A stretch of DNA of 64,000 bases from Puniceicoccales bacterium (GTDB lineage: Bacteria > Verrucomicrobiota > Verrucomicrobiia > Opitutales > JAIRLG01), in assembly GCA_031288595.1 (NCBI GenBank), contig JAITRB010000004.1, positions 9,491-73,490 of the forward strand, in the 5' to 3' direction. Below are positions 9,476 through 18,853 of this stretch, piece by piece. The stretch's first letter is position 1. Each line of letters opens with the position of its first letter. The position numbers and the translations under genes were made by a program. The notes below the pieces were generated by a model that was not told the origin of the DNA, did not search any database, and saw nothing but the letters and a program-made list of their open reading frames with translations.

Positions 9476-10518
9476 CCCTCAGGGCAGACCTGCACGACCG
9501 GAATCGCATCGATGTCCTCCTTGAAAAAATCGGGGTCTTCCATGAGCCTGGTGTAGCTGGACTGAGGCGCGCGGGAGGCCACATTGCCCGATGTAGTCGG
9601 TATACAGCCCACCGTTTCAAGGGCTTGGGTCGTTTCCGTGAAGGTCGTTTCCGTCGAAGGGCCAGCCGGATGGATGAGAAGCTTCTGCCCGATTTGGAGA
9701 TTTTTCGGATCGCTGATGTGGTTGAGCTCCTGCAGTTCAGAAAAGGTGGTGCCGGTCTTCTTGGCGATGGAAAAAAGCGAATCGCCCCGCTTGACGGTAT
9801 AGCTCCCGTTGGCATCGCTGTAGGCCTGAGCCAGTGGCGCAGGATCTTTATGCTTGATGAATTCTGTCTTTCTAGAGGCACTACAAGCCGCTGCCGTTTC
9901 CGCCTGGCTCGGGATCTTCAGCACTTTCCCGACCAGGATACGGTCATTCCGGAGATGATTGACGCTCTTGAGGGAGGCCACCGTCGTAGCGTGGCGCTGG
10001 GCGATTTTGAAGAGCGTATCCCCTGGTCGGACCGTGTACTTTCCGTCGATGGCCAGCGCCTCGAGGGCGTCAATCTGGACACCCGGGAGGATGATTCTCT
10101 GGCCAGGGTAAATGGGGACGCCCTTACCCAGATGGTTCTCCTCGATGAGCTCTTGCAGGGAAAGCTTGAAGCGGCGGGCAATACCACAGAGCGTATCTCC
10201 CTTCTGGACGACGTAGTCCGTCTGCGGCCTGAGGACTTTCGGCTCCGGAGCCGATGGAGCGATCTCCTCTTTGAGTTCCGGTTCCGGGTAGTACCAAATG
10301 GGACGTAGGGGCTCTGCGCGCACAGCGGGGGCCGGAGCGGATACCACCAGAGTCGATGGGACAGCAGTACTCCTCTCCGGAGGGAGTGTATCCTCCGGGC
10401 AGGGTCCTTTTTCCTGTGAATTGAATGGAAGTTGCAGGGTATCGCATCCGCCCAGGCCCAAGAGGAGCAGCAGGATGGGGCCCCGTCTGAGCGAACGATA
10501 AGGCGCGAAAGACTTCAT
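9472..10518 (-). CDS. Triple-LysM domain lipoprotein
   Basis: A signal peptide and lipobox are present (MKSFAPYRSLRRGPILLLLLGLGGCD). There are three LysM repeats: YVVQKGDTLCGIARRF, YTVRPGDTLFKIAQRH and YTVKRGDSLFSIAKKT. The start is set at the internal ATG at 10518. Confidence 0.8.
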   Translation of the reverse strand: MKSFAPYRSLRRGPILLLLLGLGGCDTLQLPFNSQEKGPCPEDTLPPERSTAVPSTLVVSAPAPAVRAEPLRPIWYYPEPELKEEIAPSAPEPKVLRPQTDYVVQKGDTLCGIARRFKLSLQELIEENHLGKGVPIYPGQRIILPGVQIDALEALAIDGKYTVRPGDTLFKIAQRHATTVASLKSVNHLRNDRILVGKVLKIPSQAETAAACSASRKTEFIKHKDPAPLAQAYSDANGSYTVKRGDSLFSIAKKTGTTFSELQELNHISDPKNLQIGQKLLIHPAGPSTETTFTETTQALETVGCIPTTSGNVASRAPQSSYTRLMEDPDFFKEDIDAIPVVQVCPEG

Positions 10519-10575
10519 TGGATACTCAGAAAAAGGTGATGAAAGAACGGCGGAAGCAATTAACACAAAGAGCTT

Positions 10576-11856
10576 TCATGACAAACTTAAAATGAGTTTT
10601 TCAAACGTTTTCCCGCGCTCCGCGAAATCCTTGAACTGGTCAAAGCTCGGATAGCCCGGGCTGAAGAGAACGGTGTTGCCCTGTGGCTCGAGCAGAGGAT
10701 GGGCCATGGCATCGTCCAGGGCCCGTTCGAGTGTTTTGGAAAGAGTGGTCATTACACCCCTCTCTTGCAGGAGAGGGGTGAGCACGGCACCCTCCTCGCC
10801 GATGAGGAAGGCATGGGCGACATGGAGATGGATTTCCCGCAAAAATGCCTCTTTGGGCTCTCCCTTATCCCGCCCACCGCCGATCCAGAGGATGGGCGAT
10901 GGGAACTGGCGGAAGGCGGCAATGGTAGAGGCAAAAGTGGTCGACTTGGCATCGTTCCAGAAAGTTCTGTTGTCCCGAGTGATCAGGCGCTGGAGCCGGT
11001 AGGGCAGTGGCTGAAAGCTAAGGGCAGCCCGTAATAAGGTTTCGACGGGCAAGGACCATTGCCGCCAAAACGCCTGGATGAGGGCGATGTTCTCCCTCTG
11101 CGGGGCGAGCTCGAAGACGGTATTTTGCCAGCGCAGGTCATCCCGCACAGGCGGACAGATTTGGGTGAAATCCGGCAGAGTACAGCGGAATTCCCGCGCG
11201 TGCTGGGCCACGCTCTCGCCGCAGAAAAACTGCGAAGTTCTCAGGGAAGAGAGCAGGTGGTATTTCGCCAAAAAGTAGCGCTGCAGGTTGCCGTGCTCAT
11301 GGAGGTGATTGGGCGCAAAATTCGTCCAGAGAAGCGCCTGCAGTGGCGTGCTCCGCATGTGCTCTGCCTGGGCCGAACTGATCTCGCAGATGACCCAATC
11401 CTCCTCGGCTGGCGGACATTCGGAGGCGATGAGCTCCGAAAGGGCCTGGCCGATGTTGCCCGCTGTGAAGCTGCGCAGGCCCAGGGATTGGAGAGCGTGG
11501 GCCAGGAAGGCGACAGTGGTCGTCTTGCCATTGGTCCCCGTGACCCCTATCAGTTTTGCCCGGGTAAAGCGCGAGGCGAAGTCGAACTCCTGAAGACATT
11601 GGCAGCCGGAGCTTTCAGCCAATTGTACCCAGGGGTGCTGGGAGAGAAAGCTCGGGCTGCAGAGGATCAAGCGGTGTTGCCGAGCCCGTTCCTCATCGAA
11701 GAGAAGGGCCCGAGAGGGATTTTGGTCATAGAGCTCGTAGGAGATGCTGTGGCGCTTGAGGAACTGAACGATGCCCCTCGCCGTCACACCGGCCCCGAAG
11801 ATTCCGATAGGGTGGCCACCGGAAATCTGAATAATGCTCTCTCTTGCGTTCGACAT
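10576..11856 (-). CDS. murD: UDP-N-acetylmuramoyl-L-alanine--D-glutamate ligase MurD
   Basis: The N-terminus is Rossmann-like (GIFGAGVTARG). The Mur ligase P-loop GVTGTNGKTTTVAFL is present. The gene sits in dcw context upstream of ftsW. Confidence 0.9.
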   Translation of the reverse strand: MSNARESIIQISGGHPIGIFGAGVTARGIVQFLKRHSISYELYDQNPSRALLFDEERARQHRLILCSPSFLSQHPWVQLAESSGCQCLQEFDFASRFTRAKLIGVTGTNGKTTTVAFLAHALQSLGLRSFTAGNIGQALSELIASECPPAEEDWVICEISSAQAEHMRSTPLQALLWTNFAPNHLHEHGNLQRYFLAKYHLLSSLRTSQFFCGESVAQHAREFRCTLPDFTQICPPVRDDLRWQNTVFELAPQRENIALIQAFWRQWSLPVETLLRAALSFQPLPYRLQRLITRDNRTFWNDAKSTTFASTIAAFRQFPSPILWIGGGRDKGEPKEAFLREIHLHVAHAFLIGEEGAVLTPLLQERGVMTTLSKTLERALDDAMAHPLLEPQGNTVLFSPGYPSFDQFKDFAERGKTFEKLILSLS

Positions 11857-12023
11857 GTCAGCGGGGCAGCTTTCTTTCTATCCTTTAGCCGAGAAAAGGC
11901 AAATTTCAAAGAAGGAGGAAGCCCCGGATTTTTAGAAAAATGCCCCTCGGGACTCTCACAGTTCAGGGGAAAATGTTTGGGAGGATGGAAGGCGGCCATT
12001 GGCATCCGTCCTCGCATGGGCCT

Positions 12024-12602
12024 CTATACGGGATTGCCAAAGCTCTCCGGATGCTCCTCCATATGGAGTTTCAGAGAGAGAAGCGCATGGAGGGTGACGC
12101 CGCTGTCGATGCGGCCATCGCGGACATGGGCCCAGAGCTTTTCCAGGGGGATGGAGCGATAGCTGATCTCTTCCATCGGATCCAGTTGCTGGGGACCGAC
12201 GGAGTGGCACTGGCGGACGAGAACCGTGAAGAGCCGATGCTTGATGAGGGCAGGATTCGGGTAAATTGCCGAGAGGAGCTTGGGTTGAAGGCCGGCATAG
12301 CCCGTTTCCTCCCGTAATTCTCGGGCCGCTGCGGTGAGAGGGTCCTCATCGGGATCCACGATCCCGCCCGGGAGTTCCAGCGAGAGGCATTTGCTTGCGA
12401 AGCGAAACTGTTGCACGAGCAGGATTTCTTCCCCCGGTGTCAGGGCGATGACCTGGACGCAGTCCGGGCATTCCAGGGTGAAGAAATCGCCTTCCCGACC
12501 ATCTGTCGGATGGATGCAGTGTTCGCTGTAAGCTTTGAAAACAGGGATATCGGCGATCAATTGGCGCCGAGCGACCCTCCAGATGGCGGGAGGATGAGAC
12601 AT
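12024..12602 (-). CDS. Nudix hydrolase (ADP-ribose pyrophosphatase-like)
   Basis: The Nudix box is GGIVDPDEDPLTAAARELREETGY. Confidence 0.8.
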   Translation of the reverse strand: MSHPPAIWRVARRQLIADIPVFKAYSEHCIHPTDGREGDFFTLECPDCVQVIALTPGEEILLVQQFRFASKCLSLELPGGIVDPDEDPLTAAARELREETGYAGLQPKLLSAIYPNPALIKHRLFTVLVRQCHSVGPQQLDPMEEISYRSIPLEKLWAHVRDGRIDSGVTLHALLSLKLHMEEHPESFGNPV

Positions 12603-12680
12603 GGCCGAGAGGAGATGGGATCCTCCCGAGCTCTGTCAATCGTCGGTGAGGGAAAAATGATCATGGGCTTGGTTTGTGCA

Positions 12681-12792
12681 GCGCGATGACCCCTTTGCGA
12701 AGCAAAGGGGAAGACAGGCATCTCGCCGGGGCGAGATGCCTGTCTTCCGGTGGGAGCCCGAATGACCTTCGGGCTCCCACCGGTCATCGCGC
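12681..12792. repeat. Intergenic four-helix palindromic element, variant (type 2) copy
   Basis: The outer stem GCGCGATGACC/GGTCATCGCGC encloses three hairpins. They are CCCCTTTGC-GAA-GCAAAGGGG, a 17-bp GAAGACAGGCATCTCGC-CGGG-GCGAGATGCCTGTCTTC, and GGTGGGAGCCC-11 nt-GGGCTCCCACC. The copy lies in the divergent nudix/accA spacer. It is followed by AAAAAAACACCTCC, the same tail as copy 48459-48555. Confidence 0.7.
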
Positions 12793-12942
12793 AAAAAAAC
12801 ACCTCCACTACAGCACTTCTCCCCTTCCCCAAAACAGATCATCCATAACAAAACATCCTCATTTTTCAGTTGCTGTGCTCCTGTCGACCCCTTGGATGCC
12901 CCTCCGACCTTCGGAAAGAGGATCGATACTTGGAGATCTGAA

Positions 12943-13884
12943 ATGAGTCCGGACAAAATACTCCTGGAAAAATCCGAACCCTGCGTCTGGAATCCATCTG
13001 AGGCATCCCTCGCTGAGAGGGAGACACCTCCCTTCAGTGCCTGGGAGAATGTACGGCTCGCACGGCATCCGGAGCGGCCACAGGCTTTGGATTTCATCCA
13101 TGCACTTTTCGAAAACTTTCAGGAACTGCACGGCGATCGCCATTTCGGTGACGACGGCGCGATGCTGGCCGGCACGGCCTATTTTCAGGGCGAGCCGGTG
13201 ATGCTCATCGGGGAACAGAAGGGGCGTACGATCCAGGAAAAGCTGAAGCACCGCTTCGGCTCTCCCCAAGCGGAGGGTTACAGAAAAGCGCTGCGCCTGA
13301 TGCAGCTGGCCGACAGATTTCATCTGCCCATCGTCAGCTTCGTCGACAGCCCGGGTGCCTACCCAGGTATCGGGTCGGAGGAACGCCATGTCGCCGAGGC
13401 CATCGCGCTCAATTTAAGGGAGATGATGGGATTCTCCGTCCCCATCATCGCCATTGTGATCGGCGAGGGCGGTTCCGGTGGTGCCCTGGGCATCGCTGTG
13501 GCCGACCGCGTCCTGGTTTTGGAACATGCTTATTACTCGGTCATCTCCCCCGAGGCCTGTGCGGCTATTTTGTGGCGGGACCGTTCCCTCGCGCCGGAGG
13601 CGGCGGAGGCCCTCCAGCTCTCATCCGAACATCTCACTACCTGGGGGGTGGCGGACGAAATTATTGCCGAGAGCTCCGAGGCTGCCCATGTAAGCCCAAC
13701 CGAGAGTTTCGAAGCTGTCAGGACAGCATTGCTCAAATGTCTTGCCGAAGTCTCGGCCTGGCCAGCCGAGGAGCGAATGGAACGGCGCTATCGGCGCTTC
13801 CGCGCCCTGGGATGCTATGCCTCTAAGGATTACCCAGATTTTCAGGAAATCGGGAGGAAGAGCCCTGACTCCCCTGGGAACTAA
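12943..13884 (+). CDS. accA: Acetyl-CoA carboxylase carboxyltransferase alpha subunit AccA
   Basis: The sequence RLARHPERPQALDFI...HGDRHFGDDGAMLAGTAYFQGEPVMLIGEQKGR and SFVDSPGAYPG matches AccA. The track ORF starts at TTG 12892, and the first in-frame ATG is 12943. Confidence 0.9.
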   Translation: MSPDKILLEKSEPCVWNPSEASLAERETPPFSAWENVRLARHPERPQALDFIHALFENFQELHGDRHFGDDGAMLAGTAYFQGEPVMLIGEQKGRTIQEKLKHRFGSPQAEGYRKALRLMQLADRFHLPIVSFVDSPGAYPGIGSEERHVAEAIALNLREMMGFSVPIIAIVIGEGGSGGALGIAVADRVLVLEHAYYSVISPEACAAILWRDRSLAPEAAEALQLSSEHLTTWGVADEIIAESSEAAHVSPTESFEAVRTALLKCLAEVSAWPAEERMERRYRRFRALGCYASKDYPDFQEIGRKSPDSPGN

Positions 13885-13905
13885 GGAGATCAGGAATTTT
13901 CTTGT

Positions 13906-14002
13906 TTTCGCTGTCTTTGGATTCCGAAGGAATTGCCCGCTGCGCGGGCTACGAGGAGGCGCTGGCGCAAGCGCCAGCACCTCCTCACCAAAGACAGCGA
14001 AA
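13906..14002. repeat. Intergenic four-helix palindromic element, type 1 (a-b-c)
   Basis: The closing stem is TTTCGCTGTCTTTGG/CCAAAGACAGCGAAA. Arm a is GATTCC-GAA-GGAAT. Arm b is GCCCGC-TGC-GCGGGC. Arm c is 16 bp (GAGGAGGCGCTGGCGC-AA-GCGCCAGCACCTCCTC) with one C:A mismatch on the + strand, which is G:U on the - strand. It lies in the convergent accA/rbfA spacer. Confidence 0.85.
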
Positions 14003-14084
14003 AATGATGCTGCGCCCTCGGGAACGGTCCACCATGGGGCTCGTCGCGAAGACCGAAGGACCCAAGAATACGGAGTTTTCTCCC

Positions 14085-14234
14085 TCAGAACCCACCCATC
14101 ATCGGCAGGGGCGAGGCCTCCCAGGCGCTGGGCCTAGCCCAGGGGATGGCGCTCTCCTTGGAGCGCGAGGAACTGCAGGCATTCAGGCCAAGTACCAGCA
14201 GGGCTACGAGAAGAAGTGGCAGTCGTACCGTCAT
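14085..14234 (-). CDS. Putative small lipoprotein (49 aa), below the ORF-track size cutoff
   Basis: My own translation gives MTVRLPLLLVALLVLGLNACSSSRSKESAIPWARPSAWEASPLPMMGGF. It has a hydrophobic signal peptide and an L-N-A-C lipobox-like site. Its ATG overlaps the rbfA TGA as ATGA, which suggests translational coupling. Confidence 0.35.
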   Translation of the reverse strand: MTVRLPLLLVALLVLGLNACSSSRSKESAIPWARPSAWEASPLPMMGGF

Positions 14235-14608
14235 GTCTGTGGACTGGAGTTGAGGTTCCCATCTACCTGATCTTCAGCGGCGATTTCCGCCAATAGGGAG
14301 GAGACCCGCAGCTCCTCTTGATGGGAATCGTCGATGGCAAACTGCAGTTCCGGTGAGAATTTGAGCACGACCTCCCGACTGAGCCGCCGTCGCAGCTCCG
14401 ATTTCTTACACCGCAGCCAGCGCCACACCTTCTTCTGAGCATTTTCATCGCCCAGGAGGCTGACATAGATATTCACGTGGCGCAGGTCATTGGAACTCAC
14501 GACTCGGGTCAGGGTAATGGCCATCGCTTCCTCGCGGTAATACTTCCTCAAAATGCCGCCAAGCGCGGACTGCAGGAGAGCATTGACCCGTTCCACCCGG
14601 AAGTGCAT
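14231..14608 (-). CDS. rbfA: Ribosome-binding factor A
   Basis: The sequence RVNALLQSALGGILRKYY...ITLTRVVSSNDLRHVNIYVS matches RbfA. The gene lies directly after infB. Confidence 0.9.
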   Translation of the reverse strand: MHFRVERVNALLQSALGGILRKYYREEAMAITLTRVVSSNDLRHVNIYVSLLGDENAQKKVWRWLRCKKSELRRRLSREVVLKFSPELQFAIDDSHQEELRVSSLLAEIAAEDQVDGNLNSSPQT

Positions 14609-14613
14609 GAGGC

Positions 14614-17166
14614 TTAAAGCGAAGGCCTCCGTTCGACGAGCTCATAACACTTGATCTCGTCATGGATTTCGAAGGCGGAAAATCCCTGAACTTGTATGCC
14701 GCACTCGAGTCCGGCCCGCAGCTCGGCTAAGTCTTCCTTGAGATGCTTGAGGGAAGCCATACGCCCCTCAAAAATCGTCTCCCGCCCGCGCTGGATGCGG
14801 AGGGGCTTGTCCCTCAAAATCCGGCCATCGGTTACCATGCAGCCGGCCACGACGTATTTGGAGAATTGAAAGACCTGGCGCACCTGGGCGGAACCTAGGT
14901 AATTTTCACTCCACTCCGGCTCCAGAAGGCCGACCATCGCTCCGCGAACCTGCTCCACCAATTCATAAATAATCTCGTGCCGGATTACTGGCACACCGAG
15001 ATTTTTTACGAGCGCTCCGGCACCGGAATCGTAGGCAACGTTGAAGCCCAGGAGGGTAGCACCGGAGGAATGCGCCCGTTCGACATCATTCTTGCCGATA
15101 TGACCGACGGATTGATCGAGTACCTCGAGTCGCACCTTGTTGCTGCGAATCGTGGCCAGGCACAGATTTACCGCCTCGAGACTCCCCTGTACATCGGCCT
15201 TGATGAGGATCCGGAGCACTTTCTCCTGGGACTCCGTGCCCAGGGAGGCGAGGGCATCCTGCCGGCTCTTTCCATGGGCAGCGGCGGACACTTCTTCCCG
15301 CGATTGCTTTTCGACCAAAGCACTTTCCTCAGCAGCTTGGCGGGCACGCTTCTCGTCCTTCTCCGCCCGGGCGATACTTCCGACCTCGGGAAGCGCCGAC
15401 CAGCCCGTGATGCGTACCGGCGTGGAAGGGGACGCTGAGCGGATGGCCTGGCCGTGGTCGTCGAAGAGAGAACGCACGCGGCCGTACTGCGAGCCGCAGA
15501 CCAGGGCGGTGCCGACAGACAGGGTCCCTTCCCGGACGATGGCCGTCGCGACCGCGCCACAACCGGGATCGATTTGGGATTCGATGATAACCGCTTCGGC
15601 CTTGGCTTTTGGATTCGCCTTCAGCTCCAGCATTTCCGCCTGAAGGAGCAGCAGTTCCAGAAGCTCCTGAATGTGGGTTTTCTGGGCAGCGGAAATGCCG
15701 AGGCAGAGGGTTTCCCCTCCCCAATCTTCCGGTGCGATGCCGCGCTGCTGCATCTGCTGCTTGACCCGCTCGACATTGGCCGACTTCAGATCGACTTTGT
15801 TGATCGCTACGACGACAGGCACGCCGGCCTTCTGGGCACATTTCAGCGCCTCGTCGGTCTGAGGCATGAAACCATCATCGGCGGCCACAACGAGAATGGC
15901 GATGTCGGTCACATCCGCTCCTCGTTGGCGCATGTTCGCAAAGGCGGCATGGCCCGGAGTATCGAGAAAGGTGATTTTCTTCCCCTGCACTTCGACCTGG
16001 TAGGCGGCGATGTGCTGCGTGATACCACCGGCTTCGCCGGAGGCGACATTCGCCTGGCGAATCGCATCTAACAGGGTCGTCTTACCGTGGTCGACGTGAC
16101 CCAACACGCAGACGATGGGCGGACGGGTCTCCCGTTTGGCGGAAATATCGACGGCAGGGCTCTTCTCCTTCTTCTCAGCCTGACGGACATCGCCTTCTTC
16201 GCCGCGCCGGCGGATTTCCAGCTGAAATCCGTACTTTTGGGCCATCGTCACCGCTACGTCCTCCGCGATGGACTGGTTCATGGAGACGAATAAGCCTATA
16301 TGCATCAATTCAGAGATGAGCTGGAAGGGCTTGAGTCCAATGGCCAATGCGAACTCGTGGACGATGATGGGAACCCTGATCTTCAGAAGCTTGAGCGGCT
16401 TTCCCGACTCAATCCCTTTTTTTTCTGGCGATGGGTGAAGTTTCGGAGGAGGTAAGGGGGCCGGACTTTTATATGCCCTCGGCGGCAGCGGCGGAAGATG
16501 GGGAGGCATGGGGGAGCTTGGCCGCGAGGAGTTCGCCACAGCGGATAAAGGGGAGACTTTGGGACTGGACTCCCTGTTTACGTCTCTCCCGGATTCCTTC
16601 CCGGGCTGGTGGATGAAGGGCTTTAGCCCGTTCGAAAAGGAGACCATGGATTCAAGAGCAGAGGGCTGCTTCCTCTCGAAGTGAAAGAGCGGCGGCCGTG
16701 GTGCCGGCTTTCCGCGATTGGCCGGAGCCCCCGTCAGCGGAGTGCTTAGAGCTGAAACTGCTCCGGTGGAGGACGCAGCCGAGGCTGTCGCCGTCCCAAG
16801 AGCCGAAAATGGGGGCGTCTTCGTCGCGGGAGGCATACTGTTCTCGGCAGGCGAAAGGGCTCCTATGCCGGAACCGCGGGGCGCAGGGGTCCCTTCGGTT
16901 TCTGTTTTCGGTTCTTCTCTCTGGGCTTTAGCCGGAAGGGGAGTCTGATGAGGCTGGGACTTCAAGGTGCCTGGAGTCCCCTGCCCATCGGGGCATTCCG
17001 GCTTAGAAGCTCCTGCTGCAAGTGTTTTCAAAAAAGCCTCGGCCTCGGCCTCGGAGATGGAGCTGGAGGCACTCTGGACGGACAATCCATGTGCCTGTAG
17101 AAGGACGATCAGTTCCTTATTGGTCTTGCCTACTCGCTTGGATAATTGATGGACCCTAACGCTCAT
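14614..17166 (-). CDS. infB: Translation initiation factor IF-2
   Basis: The G domain carries [17 protein letters not shown] and NKVD. The N-terminus [13 protein letters not shown] is typical of IF-2. The start is set at the internal ATG at 17166. Confidence 0.97.
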   Translation of the reverse strand: MSVRVHQLSKRVGKTNKELIVLLQAHGLSVQSASSSISEAEAEAFLKTLAAGASKPECPDGQGTPGTLKSQPHQTPLPAKAQREEPKTETEGTPAPRGSGIGALSPAENSMPPATKTPPFSALGTATASAASSTGAVSALSTPLTGAPANRGKPAPRPPLFHFERKQPSALESMVSFSNGLKPFIHQPGKESGRDVNRESSPKVSPLSAVANSSRPSSPMPPHLPPLPPRAYKSPAPLPPPKLHPSPEKKGIESGKPLKLLKIRVPIIVHEFALAIGLKPFQLISELMHIGLFVSMNQSIAEDVAVTMAQKYGFQLEIRRRGEEGDVRQAEKKEKSPAVDISAKRETRPPIVCVLGHVDHGKTTLLDAIRQANVASGEAGGITQHIAAYQVEVQGKKITFLDTPGHAAFANMRQRGADVTDIAILVVAADDGFMPQTDEALKCAQKAGVPVVVAINKVDLKSANVERVKQQMQQRGIAPEDWGGETLCLGISAAQKTHIQELLELLLLQAEMLELKANPKAKAEAVIIESQIDPGCGAVATAIVREGTLSVGTALVCGSQYGRVRSLFDDHGQAIRSASPSTPVRITGWSALPEVGSIARAEKDEKRARQAAEESALVEKQSREEVSAAAHGKSRQDALASLGTESQEKVLRILIKADVQGSLEAVNLCLATIRSNKVRLEVLDQSVGHIGKNDVERAHSSGATLLGFNVAYDSGAGALVKNLGVPVIRHEIIYELVEQVRGAMVGLLEPEWSENYLGSAQVRQVFQFSKYVVAGCMVTDGRILRDKPLRIQRGRETIFEGRMASLKHLKEDLAELRAGLECGIQVQGFSAFEIHDEIKCYELVERRPSL

Positions 17167-17253
17167 GCCTTCCTCGAATGATGAAAACATCGGCGATGGC
17201 AATGACTTCCGTTACCAGGAGCCGAAACCAGAACTGTCCTCCCATTGCATGGA

Positions 17254-18516
17254 TTACACGGCTGTCTGGGCGCGGAAGGCCTGCACGGAAGAGAGGATGC
17301 TCTCGGCCTCTTCGGCTTCGAACCCGGAGGCTTGCAGATCCTCGGCAGTGACTCCTTCGAAGACATCGAGACCCGTGATGCCGATGGCGACGAGTTTCTG
17401 GGCCATTTCATCCGAAATGCCCGGTATGCCGTTGAGACCCTCGGTGGCCTTTTGGATGCGCTGAGACAGGGCTATATCCGCCTGCGGCGCTGCCCGGTTG
17501 ATGCTCAACTTCCAGTTCATGAGCTTGGAGGTGAGCTTGGCGTTGAGTCCGCGCTTCCCTATGGCCGTGGCGAGATCATCCTCACTGACCTCGAAACAGA
17601 GGCGGCGATCCCGCTCATCGATCTGGATGTTCCGGGGAATGGCTGGGCGAATGGCCTCGATTAGAAATTCGACCGGATCTGGGTAGTAGCGCAGGATGTC
17701 GATCTTTTCATTGCCGAGCTCCTTGCAGATGCTGCGGATGCGGACACCCCGAGCACCGATGCAGGCCCCAACAGGGTCGACATTCAGCTCCCGACTCTCG
17801 ACGGCGACCTTCGTCCGGTAGCCAGCTTCACGGGCAAGGCTGTGAACGGCAATAGTTCCATCGGCGATTTCCGAGATTTCCAGCTCGAGCAGTTTGTGGA
17901 CGAACTGGTCGCAGGAGCGGCTGAGGATGATCTCGGGGCCGTTAGGTGTGGATTCGATGCGCAGGAGGAGGCACCGAACCGGATCACCTGGGCGATAATC
18001 CTCCCCCGGGGTGCGCTCGCGGTGGGGCATGATGCCCTCGGCCTTCCCAAGGTCGATGAAGAGATGACCTCGGTCTTCCGCCCGCACGATGCCGGTGACA
18101 AATTTCCCCACCTGGTTCCTGAAATCCTCGTAGATGCGTCCTTTTTCGAAGTGGCGGACGCTCTGGTTGATGGCCTGGAGCGTGCTCTGGGCGGCGATGC
18201 GCCCCAGGGCGGATGGCGGTATTTCCTTCTCAACGGTAGTCCCCAGTTGCGCCTGGGGATCGAGTTCCTGAGCCTTGAGAAGGTGCATCTGGGACGCGGG
18301 ATCAGCGACGGAATCCACCACTTCGTAGATAGCCCAGGCCTGGAGATGCCCCGTTTTGGGATGGATATGGACGCGCACGTCACGGCCGAAGTGGATGCTC
18401 TTGAGCGCAGCGCTGCGAATGGCTTCCTGAATTGCCTCGATCATGTCGCTCCGGGCAATGCCCTTCTCCTTTTCCATGTACTCCAACACGGCGATGATCT
18501 CGGTTCCACTATTCAT
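17254..18516 (-). CDS. nusA: Transcription termination/antitermination factor NusA
   Basis: The N-terminus is IIAVLEYMEKEKGI. An S1 domain and two KH domains are present (GACIGARGVRIRSI, AIGKRGLNAKL). The start is set at the internal ATG at 18516. No rimP-like ORF lies upstream. Confidence 0.95.
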   Translation of the reverse strand: MNSGTEIIAVLEYMEKEKGIARSDMIEAIQEAIRSAALKSIHFGRDVRVHIHPKTGHLQAWAIYEVVDSVADPASQMHLLKAQELDPQAQLGTTVEKEIPPSALGRIAAQSTLQAINQSVRHFEKGRIYEDFRNQVGKFVTGIVRAEDRGHLFIDLGKAEGIMPHRERTPGEDYRPGDPVRCLLLRIESTPNGPEIILSRSCDQFVHKLLELEISEIADGTIAVHSLAREAGYRTKVAVESRELNVDPVGACIGARGVRIRSICKELGNEKIDILRYYPDPVEFLIEAIRPAIPRNIQIDERDRRLCFEVSEDDLATAIGKRGLNAKLTSKLMNWKLSINRAAPQADIALSQRIQKATEGLNGIPGISDEMAQKLVAIGITGLDVFEGVTAEDLQASGFEAEEAESILSSVQAFRAQTAV

Positions 18517-18853
18517 ACGACACAGTCCTCGGCGGAAAATTTTCGCTACACCAAGCCCTTCCGGAAGGGTAAAATCAACGCCCATTTGTCAAGGGAGAAT
18601 GCGCCCAGCACCTCATCCCAGAGAAATAGAGCTGAAGGGGTTCTTGAGTGATGTGATTGAGGCTGCTTGACCTATTTTGAAATGGACAGCCATTCCGCTC
18701 TGTGGGCGAGCCCTTCCAGCCAGGGAGACCGGAGACGCGTTCCCTGGAGAGAAGAGAGAAATTCCTCCCTCCTGATTCCCCAAGGCACTGAGGCGCTCGC
18801 GAAAAAAGATTTGCCAGTTTTAAAATACAGAATAAATGTGGCGGGAGAGCAAA

